DNA of 63,806 nt, filler included, from Choristocarpus tenellus KU-1152 (Eukaryota > Protista > Phaeophyceae): NCBI GenBank assembly GCA_964200185.2. It is 15 parts of 15 records of this genome, joined end to end, with 100 filler letters (N's around TTAATTAATTAA, not from the genome) between each part and the next. Parts side by side here need not be neighbours in the genome. Positions count along the whole stretch, not along the records: positions 11,644 to 14,647 come from CAXNAD020023001.1; positions 14,748 to 17,274 come from CAXNAD020027047.1; positions 17,375 to 23,034 come from CAXNAD020010097.1; positions 23,135 to 28,242 come from CAXNAD020011846.1; 11 more parts are not named here. One strand, 5' to 3'. This document shows positions 13,520-24,347 of this stretch, piece after piece. Positions within the stretch are counted from its first letter, which is position 1; each line of letters starts with the position of its first letter. The notes beneath the pieces were generated by a model that was not told where the DNA came from, did no database searches, and saw nothing but the letters and a program-made list of their open reading frames with translations. A program made the translations under genes and the position numbers.

Positions 13520-13930
13520 ATGTGGCACCGGGAGTGGTATGTGGAGACTTTTCTCCTTGCATTGATGAAAAAAATGCTGTGGTTAGAGGGTGAGGTGATC
13601 GCACAACAGGATAGAGTCATTCCCCATGCTGGAAAAGACACGCCGCAGAAGCTCAACGAGGAGGGGTGGTGGAACATCAAGCTCATAATGCAGCCTGTGC
13701 ATTCACCTGGTCTCAATATCAACGATTTGGGATTCTTTGCATCCCTACAAAGTAGACTTTGGAGGAAGAGTTACAGTATGATCGGCAATCTTGCGAAGGG
13801 GGTAAGGAGCATGTACAACGCAGCTACTTTAGAGAGGATGTTGCAGAGTCTCTTGAAATAATGGTACAACAAAGTTTTGATGTCGCTAAAGGGTAACAAT
13901 TTCATGTTACACCACACTAGAAATAAGAAA
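13520..13930 (+). mobile_element. Tc1/mariner (plant-mariner-like) transposase C-terminal fragment, pseudogenised
   Basis: QQDRVIPH ... IKLIMQPVHSPGLNINDLGFFASLQS matches the QQDNAxPH / QPPNSPDLNxLDLGFF motifs; frameshifted tail YNKVLMSLKGNNF. Confidence 0.85.
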
Positions 13931-14589
13931 GCATGATGGAAGTCTGCCAAAATCGATCAGAATCGACTGAGGGGCTTTCGAATTGGTAGTGGATTGGTGG
14001 ATTGATGGGCGCGAGGAAAGTGATGAAGAATGGTTTTCACTTAAACAACCGTTTTTTCATCAGAGGTAATCTCGAGAAGCGCAACATTAATGTTGTAGAC
14101 TTATGGTACAGAGGGAGTACAAGATGTGGCATTTAACTACTGCTTTTTCAGCTGACACTTACTTTGGCAAAGTGGATAAAGCAGATCCATCATCTCAGAA
14201 TGAAGAACCTTCAAGATTTTCTTCTTTATGCATGGAGCCTCAATGATTTGTCACATGGGTGCAACAGGTAAGTTGATCACTGTATGGGCAAAATGTGATG
14301 GAAACGTATGATGAAGACGCCCTCACACACCCTTAAAATCACGGCGAGGTTTAGCCCTTATTTATGCTCTGAACAATTGAATCGGATAGTCTGTGGTTAG
14401 TATGCTCGCTTCGGGATTTTGGTCTGGAGTGGCGGTCTTCACAAACGCAGCGCAGGACTTCGTGCTGATGAGAGGGTCCGATAGTGCAAGGGGTCCCTGG
14501 TGAGTGTAAGGATGTGGCACAACCTAAACAATAATATTGATCAGAGTCCAAGAAGAGAGAACAAATGGACAGGGAGAGTGAGTGTGCAA

Positions 14590-14647
14590 GACCCAAAGTA
14601 TATGGGGGGGTGGGGGGGGTCTACACGAGGGTGTCCATTTGGACCAA
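14590..14647 (-). mobile_element. MITE family A, partial
   Basis: GACCCAAAGTATATGGGG...CTACACGAGGGTGTCCATTTGG, reverse complement of the family A right end. Confidence 0.75.
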
Positions 14648-14747
14648 NNNNNNNNNNNNNNNNNNNNNNNNNNNNNNNNNNNNNNNNNNNNTTAATTAAT
14701 TAANNNNNNNNNNNNNNNNNNNNNNNNNNNNNNNNNNNNNNNNNNNN

Positions 14748-14832
14748 AAATCACCCAAAAATCGCAACATGGAAAAATTGACCCCAAATGGACAGCCGCC
14801 ACCCCCCCCCCCCTCCACAGATACTTTGAGAC
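14748..14832 (-). mobile_element. MITE family A, partial
   Basis: AAATCACCCAAAAATCGC...AAATGGACAGCCGCC(C)n..AGATACTTTGAGAC, reverse complement of the family A left half. Confidence 0.8.
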
Positions 14833-14941
14833 ACTATTTGGAGCACTCCGTAAACACCTCAAAGCACTCCTTGGAACATGATGGTATTTTTGTGACGGGG
14901 TGATGCCATGCCCTCTCCCCAACACTATCCTGGGGACTTGC

Positions 14942-16326
14942 CTCAAACTCATAGAAGTAGCCCCGGTGTGAGCAGCACTCGTGCTGATCAGCGCCAACAA
15001 ACATGAAGCTCAATCCACACCGCAGGACTGAGAGCATTAATGCTGTACCACTGACTACTGTACCCTTTTTGTACACTGTCACAACCTAAAAAAGGTATTG
15101 TCGCATTACAGTTTCCATTTGCAGGCGAGAAGTGCAAAATGTAACATCAAGGTCTCGGTGCATAGGAACGAGAACTTGATAAAGATGACACAGCGTTTAA
15201 GATCAAATTGATCTACCGTTTTCAAATTCGAGCTCCTGGATCTGTTTGAATAATTCAGGGAATAAGCAACACTAAGATAATGAGGTTGCTCGTAAGAATG
15301 TACATTCTGTCAGGCAACGTCATGTTTAGACTGTGCGATTTTTTCTGCTTCTCAATGCACAATGATCTGAAGTAAACAAGACAGACAGGTACCCATATTT
15401 TTGGGCGTTTTCCATTTTAAGTCTATTTTTTAACCTTTTGCAATTCACCCATATTTCTAAGCATGAATTCCTTAGTTTGATTTGAGAGTGTCTATTTCTC
15501 CATTGTTTGAGAATTTTCCGACATAGTTCAGAAAATATTCTTTTCCGACACATGCAATAAAAAAGTCTACTTTTGGACACGTTTGTCAACATCGTTAAAA
15601 TGCAACTTTGGGCACCTCTCGATTTCTCTTACTCAACTTCCCAAACAGAAAAATATAGGGGTGTACTACTTTACTACAGCATTATACAGTTCACAGTTCT
15701 GAGCTTGAGCGCCTCAGTTGCAGCATTGATCTTCCTTGGAAAAGCACCTATTCCTCGAGGTCAGAGTTCACTCATACCTCTGGTCCATTCAGGCGCAAAC
15801 GTTCTGCCTTCTCTGCCGCACGCCTCGCCACCTTTTGCTTCCAGCAGTGCTGCAACACCTTTGCAGCACGCTTAGGGTTAGGGTTAGGGTTAGGGTTAGG
15901 GTTAGGGTTAGGGTTCCACCACAACAGCAGAACGATTACATTGACTTGTTTGTTACTGGTGGGCAGTGATGCAATCTTTTGCAAGTATGTATGACTCATG
16001 GGAGGGCGGATAAACCTATTCACCTCATCTCCGAAAATTTGAAAAACTCAAGAGAAGTGGAATGATGGCAGTATAGGCTGTGCGACCTTTGTATATTGCG
16101 CTCTTTCACCAACAATACTCTGTGTTTTGCTGAAGGGATTTCAAGCAGAGTTAGATGTGAGTAGATGCGCATGTTTGGTGGAGATCACCTTCATATCTCC
16201 AAGTTCTCTTCTCCAGCGCACACCCCTAAAAAGTCCCTGAATCGTTGATGCTGCCTCTCTTTCTTGCCGACACAGATCTCCTTCCATTTTCTCTTTTTGT
16301 GCGATCTCAATCTCCTTTTTTGCAAC
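14942..16326 (-). CDS. IQ calmodulin-binding motif protein, 3 internal exons
   Basis: Phase-0 exons 16326-16189 (...EREAASTIQGLFRGVRWRRELGDMK), 15870-15778 (RAAKVLQHCWKQKVARRAAEKAERLRLNGPE), 15085-14942 (VVTVYKKGTVVSGTALMLSV...YFYEFE). IQxxxRGxxxR motif plus a second IQ-like motif. Confidence 0.8.
15388..15625 (+). repeat. Dispersed repeat family D
   Basis: CAATTCACCCATATTTCT...TTTGTCAACATC..AAAATGCAACT also occurs twice in tandem at 42500-42965. Confidence 0.75.
15872..15915 (+). repeat. Interstitial telomeric repeat (TTAGGG)7
   Basis: Perfect hexamer array. Shorter tracts at about 250, 405, 640, 1450, 1711, 3530, 3715, 3860, 4410, 18831, 28945, 30128, 44665, 51581, 62410. Confidence 0.95.
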
Positions 16327-16456
16327 CTGAAAAATGTGTGCATCGTTGATGTGATTCCACTAATGCAGTGTTCTTACGAGGAATCGGGGTGTGTTTACCC
16401 AAGGGGTTGTAGGTTTGTTTGAATGTATCGTGTTTCTGCAAGTAGGACAGGTAAGT

Positions 16457-16700
16457 CATCCAAAGTATCTGGGAGGGGTGTGGTGGCTGTCCATTTGTGG
16501 CCCACTTTTCCATGTCGCGATTTTTGGGTGATTTGGTTGCATTCGTCAGATGGATAATGTAAGTGCACTTTTCCAGGTCATGGTCGAAATGGATACTCTG
16601 GTGTAGATCCCCCCCACCCGCAAAAGTTGGAACTAAATGCCGAAGGGATAAAGGAAAAAAAGAAAAGAGGNNNNNNNNNNCCCCCCAGATACTTTGAGCC
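16457..16700 (+). mobile_element. MITE family A (contains a 10-N gap)
   Basis: CAAAGTATCTGGG...GGCTGTCCATTTG...TTTTTGGGTGATTTGGTTGC...AAATGGA..CTGGTGTAGA(C)n...CCAGATACTTTGAGCC. Confidence 0.85.
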
Positions 16701-17374
16701 CAAAGGATGATAAGTTCAGGGTAAAACTGAATTGAGGGCGCAGAAACGAAATATATATATGCTCAAAGTATGAGGCTCGAAAATGTCAACCTCAGACACT
16801 TTGCCTTTCCAGAATCCGAACGTTTCTCTTTCTGTTCAATACCTCCCCCCCCCCTGTTCCTGTCCTGAATATTTTTTATATCGTCCTCAACTTGCCAATG
16901 GATATCTGTCCCCAATCTGCCCGACCTGGGCCTGTATCCTCCATCCCCAATACATAGCAAGGTTGGAAATGGTTGAAGATTATACACACATTGCAAGCAC
17001 CAGCACCATAAATCTCAAGATAAAGGAGAGTCCAAAATGGATAGGCTAATGAGGGTGTTGTAGAAAATAGCTCAAGATTACTAATGATGTACATCTAGTC
17101 AATTTCACTGTTTTGCTGATTGCCCCCTACCATAACGGAGAAGTCAAGGCGAAACAGATCTCAATAGGAAAAGGTTTTGCAACATGTCATGGCAAGTGCG
17201 GTATGAGTCTTCCTCCCCCATACTACTCTCCTTGACCCCCCCCCCCCCCCCCCCCCCCTTTCCACGTATTTCAANNNNNNNNNNNNNNNNNNNNNNNNNN
17301 NNNNNNNNNNNNNNNNNNTTAATTAATTAANNNNNNNNNNNNNNNNNNNNNNNNNNNNNNNNNNNNNNNNNNNN

Positions 17375-19660
17375 ATAGCGGGGGGGTGGGGGGGTGCGGG
17401 GGGAGCGGTGCGGCAAAGGAGCAACCAGGAGAAGAAAGGCTTGCAGGGGAAGGGGATGAGGAGTGGAGAGAAGGAGCAGAGGAGGATCAAGGGGCTGAGG
17501 CTGGTTATGGCACCGTCGGGGCGATGTCTGTCCCTTTTGTTTCGACAGTCTCACCTGAAGCAGCAGCAGCATTGGCAGTAGCATTAGGGTACGGGAATGG
17601 GTCTGAGACTGAGGTTGGGGAAGGAGTTGGGGGAGGGGGAGAAGGGTGTGAAGTAGGTGCTGCTGCTGCTGCTGATGGGGGGATGTTGGCAGTGGAAAGG
17701 GGTCCGTGCCCCCCTCTTCCTGTGGAGTGTGAGGCAGACAAGCACCCTGTTGTGGTACTTTGGAATGTGTACACTAAGGAGGAATCGGAGGCGGATCCAA
17801 ATTTCTTTGATGACCTGGAGGTGAGAGGTTAATTCATTCTTTTGTGTGCTTCTTGGAGAGGGGGTACTTACTGCTGCTGTCGTAGCACGACGTGTGAAAG
17901 TTCCTTGTTTTTTGTTTCTTATTTTTTGTACCTGTGTGGGGTTTTGTAGTTTGAAGTATGGGATTTGGGTTTTTTCCGATCGATCTTGATAGTGTTGGAC
18001 TCGGTGCTTTTTGGCCCTGGGTTTGCTTTGGTTTGTGTTGTTGTTTTTTGTGGAAACGTTTAAGAGCTGGTTTTACTTTTGGAACACAAGTGAATGTGAG
18101 GTCTGGTAGCTGAACTGAGGTTGCATGAGTTTTATTACTTTCCTTCCGAACATCCTTTCAGGATTGGAACCAAAACAGAGTGAGGATGATATAAATTGGT
18201 AGTGTTTTCAGTTTGGAAAGTGACAACTGTTGAACTTGCTATGTTGCCTATACCGAGAAAGGTCAGAGGGTTCCATTAGTATTGGCTATTGGCTTAATAG
18301 AGCTGGTGCTTTCAGCATCATTATTTATGGTTTGTTTGAGAAGCACAAACAGGCACCTCAATTCAAGACCATTTTGGTATCCAATCTGGTGACTACCTTT
18401 GATGTGTTGGGTGGTCCTGCTGGGCACACCAACCTACTTGAGCCCTGTCTGAAGACTTGCCTTTAACCCTTTAAACTATCGACTGACATCGTTTTGATGT
18501 GTCTTGTCTATCCTACCTGGGGTGTTGGGGATGGGGCGGGGGGTGGAATGGAAGCAGGCAGACATGTTAATGGAGTGTGTCAAGTTTGGGACAGTGATGA
18601 GAGTAGTGACACCAGATACCCCGGAGTTCCTGGGTAGCGTTTGTGTGACCTTCGATGGGTCTGTGGGTGCTAGGGAGTGCTCCAGGGCTATGCATGGAAG
18701 GTGACTTCAGCACTCTCATTTGCTGGGAAAACTCTGAACAAGACCACTTGTGTCTCAAAGCAACTTGTGATGCTGTTTAGATTAGACTACTATTCTGAGT
18801 CTTTTTTTTTGTACTGCTATGGTCAAGAGACCCTAACCCTAACCCAAGAGAGTACTAGTGGAGTGTTGGACAGTATATTTGATTAGGGTTAGGGTTATTC
18901 ACTTGTCTTTGAGTTGATATACTAACATGCTTGGAGGTGTTTGTTATGTAGTGACCTGGACAGCACTATTGGGAAGGGGTGCAGGCTCTTGGTGCCAGTA
19001 ACGTGAACAAGCCCACCTATGTAGGAACAAGTTAGAGGGTAGCAGTAGACTACAACCGAGTCTTGAGTGATGGAGGTCTCACTCCTTTTTGCTTTGTAAA
19101 TGATATGCACTACCACCATGTATTGAATGACCTATTTGATCCAACCATGTATTGCTCATAATGTTCCCAAGCAGAACACTCTAGGCCTGCAGCATTGTGT
19201 AGTTCGTGTACCAGATGTTGGTGTGGGGTTCTTTCACTGTTATATGGAGCACTGTTGTGGAGGTTGACATAGACAAAATCGCCACCTTACCTTGAGATCC
19301 CTCTGAACATGTGATTTTGGTGGATCATTAGTGGATTGATATGGTGTGTATGATATTTGCCTCAAACATGGGAAGTATTTTGACATGCAACCATTAGGAT
19401 TTCCTTCTATTGCAATACTGTTCCGTGAATGCAATCGGGAAACCCTATTTTGAACACCGTTACACGCCTGTTTTATTTTTGCAACTCCTGATTTTTTGCT
19501 CGGTGTACCTCTCCTCTCATGTCGATGTGAAAGGTGGTTTGATCAGCGACAGATTGAGGCTGAGGTAACAGGGAAGGTGGATCCGGAGCCCCGGGAAGAA
19601 ACTCCTGCACAAGGCTGTGCTCCCAAGGATGAGCTCACCAGCTTTCTAGACTCCATCTGA
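17375..19660 (+). CDS. C-terminal UHM/RRM splicing factor (HTATSF1/Cus2- or RBM39-like), last 3 exons
   Basis: Exons <17375-17820 (...PVVVLWNVYTKEESEADPNFFDDLE), 18558-18700 (ADMLMECVKFGTV...SVCVTF...AMHGR), 19534-19660 (WFDQRQIEAEV...ELTSFLDSI*). ECxKFG and RWF motifs diagnostic of UHM domains; phases consistent. Confidence 0.85.
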
Positions 19661-20285
19661 CTTTAGGTCTCTGCTTTTGCCATTATGTCCCCACTGCTGC
19701 TGTCAGATGGACTTTGCGCATTCCCACAATAGAGTGCTTTTGTTGGTTAGAGGGTAGGGGTGGGTTGTTGTGCGGAGTGGCAGCAACATACAGATTGAAG
19801 CTTTGGTGAGAGTGTGTAGAGTTGTGGGGACATATGCATGGGGCGTGTGGTTTGTGTTGTGTTTATGTTGTGCCCATTTGTATGGTGTATGCCACTCATT
19901 GGTATTTTATTACTAATGCAATATTTTGAAGGCTTGTATATTGTTGTGGCAGATGGGGAGAGGTTTCAGTCGTGCTAGCGACAGCAGGGATCACACACAG
20001 TAGACCTTTGTGTGTCCTGATGCTAGATGTGACTGGCTCCACATCTATAAGTAAAATGGATATTCCAAAGGTTTGGTATGTATGTATATTATTGTTATTA
20101 TATGTGCACTCATGCCATATTATAACAGAAGCCCAGTGTTAATTGCTTCGTGAGCGACATGTTAACCAGGCAAGTAATAAACTACCTGTGGTGGTATATT
20201 ATTTGGTGTGTGTAATACTGGATGTGCCTTGACGTACACTACAGTATACTACTATAATATCCATGTTGTACTTTTTTCCATGCAT

Positions 20286-20465
20286 GACTCAAAGTATCTG
20301 GGGGGGTGGGGGGTTGCAGCTGTCCATTTGGAGTCCATTTTTCCATGTCGTAATTTTTGGGTGATTTGGTTGCATACGCCAGATGGATAATGTAGGTTCT
20401 CTCCTGGTCAGGGCCCGAATGGACACCTTGGTGTAGATCCCCCCCCCCCCAAGAATCTTTGAGTC
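20286..20465 (+). mobile_element. MITE family A, full length (180 bp)
   Basis: Termini GACTCAAAGTATCTGGGG / CCCCAAGAATCTTTGAGTC and the conserved family interior. TSD not preserved. Confidence 0.92.
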
Positions 20466-22365
20466 TATAACCTATCAACCCACTGTTGTTTGGTGTGTTC
20501 TCCTTTGGAACGACAGACCTCTACGTACCGGTTATATATTATTTTTCGTTTTTTCTTGCTGGAACTTTGTTGGACTGTAACCCCAGTCAGAGGGAGGGGA
20601 CCTTTTCGTCTGATTGGTCACCATGCGACACCATGCTGCCGACCTACATGCCTCCTTGTGTTCCCGGTGTGAACCCCCGGCTGTGTATGAGAAAAAAGGT
20701 AGGGAGGGTGGAGAAGTGTTCCTCCCGAGGAGTCACACACATTCACAAAAAGTCTAATGTGCGGAACGAAGTTATGGTTCTAGGATGGTTGATGTAGTAC
20801 TGCTAGTAATACCATTGTTGTTACTACCACACATATGGGGGGTGTATGTTAACGTCACAGAACTTCTTGACTACTTCCTGGAACCTGGAAATGAGTTAAA
20901 AACAGTGCAGGTCATCTGCTATCCATGCCATCCTGCCAAGTACACACTGCAGAGATTTATAGCTGTCTATCGCAATCATCGTCTTTCTTTGATCATCCAC
21001 AAGAGAAATATTTCCTGTGATCCACCCAACAATCGATTTATCAATCTGTATCCATGCATCGTCCGTCCATCCCAATAAGTTGGTCTGGTGTAAGGTTTCT
21101 TACTTCGAAATATTGGTTTATCTTTTATGTTTCTAATTATGTGTATAGACATATTCTTACCTATCATATATTGGTGCAATATCAGTCACGATCATGGAGA
21201 ATTTCCTTACTTGGGAGGAGGTAAGGCCGCCTAACAGGCACAGTGTGAGGAAATTAATCATGAACCTCATAATAACATGATCTGAGGGAGAGCAGCTTCC
21301 AGCGTCATAAAGCGGTGAGGGCAACAACATTATCGATAGATACTGCAACGATTACTGTACCTATTTTCAATCTATAGATTGAAGTGTACATTAAACCGAG
21401 GGCTTGTATCAGAGGGTTGGAGTGAAAGCAGCATGGCATGGAATGGGCGCTACAAAATTGGATCAAGCATGTTGGTTGCAATTGTTCAATTTTTATATGG
21501 GCATAATACTGTCGTTTGAAGTATAGGTTACATTGAATTGATATTGTAGTACATCGTACAATAAATTATATAATAGTAGTGGATTGTTGTGTCTTGATAT
21601 TTCTCATCCATTCCAAATCTGGAACATGGCTTTCATCTGGGGAGTCATATGTCAATGTTTGCCCTAAGGGAGAGCAATGCACGGTATTCCCTACAATGTC
21701 TGCACACTTGGGGATATGAAACGTTTATTCCTTGAATCGCAATATTGCATTCTCACTGAAGAGTGTATGGGTCACGGTAATCGAGAGATAGTTTACGGGT
21801 TTTATGGATCTTCAGAAATGGAAAAAAGACAAGGAAAAAAATCCAAAAATTGCAGGAAGATCTTCACTGAATTATGGTCTCACTTTGCATGCAGAAAGTG
21901 GAAAATCAACTCTGAGCGTTCACCATTGTGCCCTTTAAGCACCAAAACAGGGTGTATTGCAGAGGGTAGGGAAAAAGACCCAAGAATGCAAAAGTTCGTA
22001 CGATAGGAGAGATACAACACACACTGAATTTCTACCTAGCCGCCAGGCGCTCTTCACACTATCACTCATGACTCTTATGTACTGAGTCTGATCTCACCAC
22101 CATCTTTGATTCACCATACCGTGCATCCATGCGGGTATATGACATCACTTCTTATCCTTCAAACTGTAGTATTGGAAAGGTGCATGTAACCGTTACTTGG
22201 TGTATTTTTGTACCTTCCCTTGCTTCACATCAACACGAAGAACACACACGCATAAACACACATAAAATATATAGGAGTCAACACATCTCTTTTTTTTTAC
22301 TGTCCTCGCGAAAATAACGCAGATCTCCTCCTCAAAACATCAGGAAGTATCTCAAGTAGCACTGT

Positions 22366-22772
22366 CAGATATCAATCTGTTGCTTGGCCCTGGTTGAACC
22401 GGTTGCATTGCAGACCTGCTTGTAAGTTCCATCATTGTCCTCAATCACTCCATTGCACTGCTCTTCAGGTGTGGAAACTGTGACCAAACAAAATCCCAGA
22501 CCGCTTGCAAGAAATGCAACTCCTACCCTACACTGTCATGGGTCATATAATCACTCACTCACTCACTTGATCTCTGTAGAACAGAGATCTACAACCTTTG
22601 GGGTATTGGACATCTATCCAATAAGCTATTACCCCTCCAGTAAAGATTGTAGCTCCTCCAGTCAATCAACTACGATGACCATAGTCTCCAGCATAACTAC
22701 CATCATCATTCGCACTCAACACACCAATTCCACCAAAAGTCAATCCAACCCAAGACTTATGTTCAAATGAAC
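22366..22772 (-). pseudogene. Possible decayed two-exon coding remnant with one in-frame TGA
   Basis: ag-SFEHKSWVGLTFGGIGVLSANDDGSYAGDYGHRS*LTGGATIFTGGVIAYWIDVQYPKGCRSLFYRDQ-gtgagt, then a possible exon QCNGVIEDNDGTYKQVC...IDI*. Family not recognised. Confidence 0.3.
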
Positions 22773-22979
22773 CTGTATATAATACTCTTGACTGCATGCC
22801 AGTGCATAGCATTTGGACTCTTAGAATACCTGGCTACTCAACAAGTCAAATGATACACACATTTCAATACCCTTGACATTTTCTACTTTATGTTACTAAT
22901 AGTACATCGATATTATCATTATTTGCTTCTGGGGAGGTTTAACCTTCTGTCCTCTGACTTTTGCAGGTGTGTCAGGTGG

Positions 22980-23034
22980 GAGTGAAAGTATCTTAGACGG
23001 TACGAGTTTTGCCCTGTTTGTCCATTTGGTGCTT
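22980..23034. mobile_element. MITE family C terminus, truncated by contig end
   Basis: GAGTGAAAGTATCTTAGACGGTACGAGTTTTGCCCTGTTTGTCCATTTGG. Confidence 0.85.
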
Positions 23035-24347
23035 NNNNNNNNNNNNNNNNNNNNNNNNNNNNNNNNNNNNNNNNNNNNTTAATTAATTAANNNNNNNNNN
23101 NNNNNNNNNNNNNNNNNNNNNNNNNNNNNNNNNNCCCCCCCCCCTCGAAAAAAAAATACTCTTCCACTTATCCCTGTAGAACCTACTTCCTCTAACCAGC
23201 GCGAGAGCTAGAACAGTGCTTTTCTGGGTAGAGGTTGTTAAGTGTGCAGAAATGATGCGGTATTCCTTTTTTTGGTTATTTTTTCACAAAGACAAAAAAA
23301 AAATGTTACGAGGTCGCCCCTAAACTCTCAGCCAAAATTTGACTGACGAAGTGTCTTTTCCCTCTTCTACGAACACCTGCTAGTGAAACATGAAATAAAA
23401 AACGCCTTCCTGGAATGACAGTTCTCCTCCTCCGTGCAGAGAGCGTTCAAAGTTATGATGAGGGGAGGAAGCAGATGCTATAGTGGCGACACACTTGTCG
23501 AGTAAAGTCAAGTTGTAGATACATAAAATATATATAGATAAATATACATATTTATTTATTTATTTTTAATTTATATATAGGTAGATACAGGTAGATACCT
23601 CATTCGTGGAGGCAGTATTTTAATAAATAAATGTGTTATCAGTATTTTAATAAATAAATAATAAATAATCTCCATTTCTCATTTTCGCCTCTTCCCCTTG
23701 GAACACCTGAGAGGCAAGTAAGTGAATTTTGTTGCTCAGAATTGGGCATGTTTTTTATTTTAATTTATTTTTTAACAAAATGAACTATTCAAAAATTTTG
23801 CCAAGAATGAATAAATGAATACGTACTGTCAGTTTTTTTTTGCCTCTTTAGAGTATTTCTTGCACCTCTTGAAATTGGCTTGTTTATTCCCCTCCCCCCC
23901 CCTCAGTGAAGGTACTTTTTACTGCAGCTTGATGAAGCACATATCACAGCACATGTTCCACCACCACCACTACTACTAGTACTACTATTAATAGTACAGC
24001 TCATTGCAGTGGGTGCTTTTTACAATTATTGATAGGATATCTTGGTGCTTTCTTTCTTAGGAGCGAAGGCCTTGATGCCCTGACTCAATGGTATTTGTTT
24101 CAAAAGGGTATGTATGTATATGCATTTCGCTATTTTATTGGTGCACACTCCCCCCCCTCCCCCCCCTCCCTTTCCTTTTTTTTGTGCATACCGTATCATA
24201 CCATGCGTGTCCGCTTCCCTCTCCCTGCCCCTACTACCGCCTCGAGTCATGTAGTAGTATTTTCGTTTGTTCCTTCATCATCTCGATGATATATATATAT
24301 ATATATATTTATTTATTTTTTAAATTTTTTTTTTTCCTCTTCTGCAG

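Noticed and set aside
14590-14832. Two MITE A halves across the linker as one element
   Set aside because: Flanks (GCAA vs ACTA) give no TSD and the linker joins unrelated contigs; contigs simply tend to break in this repeat.
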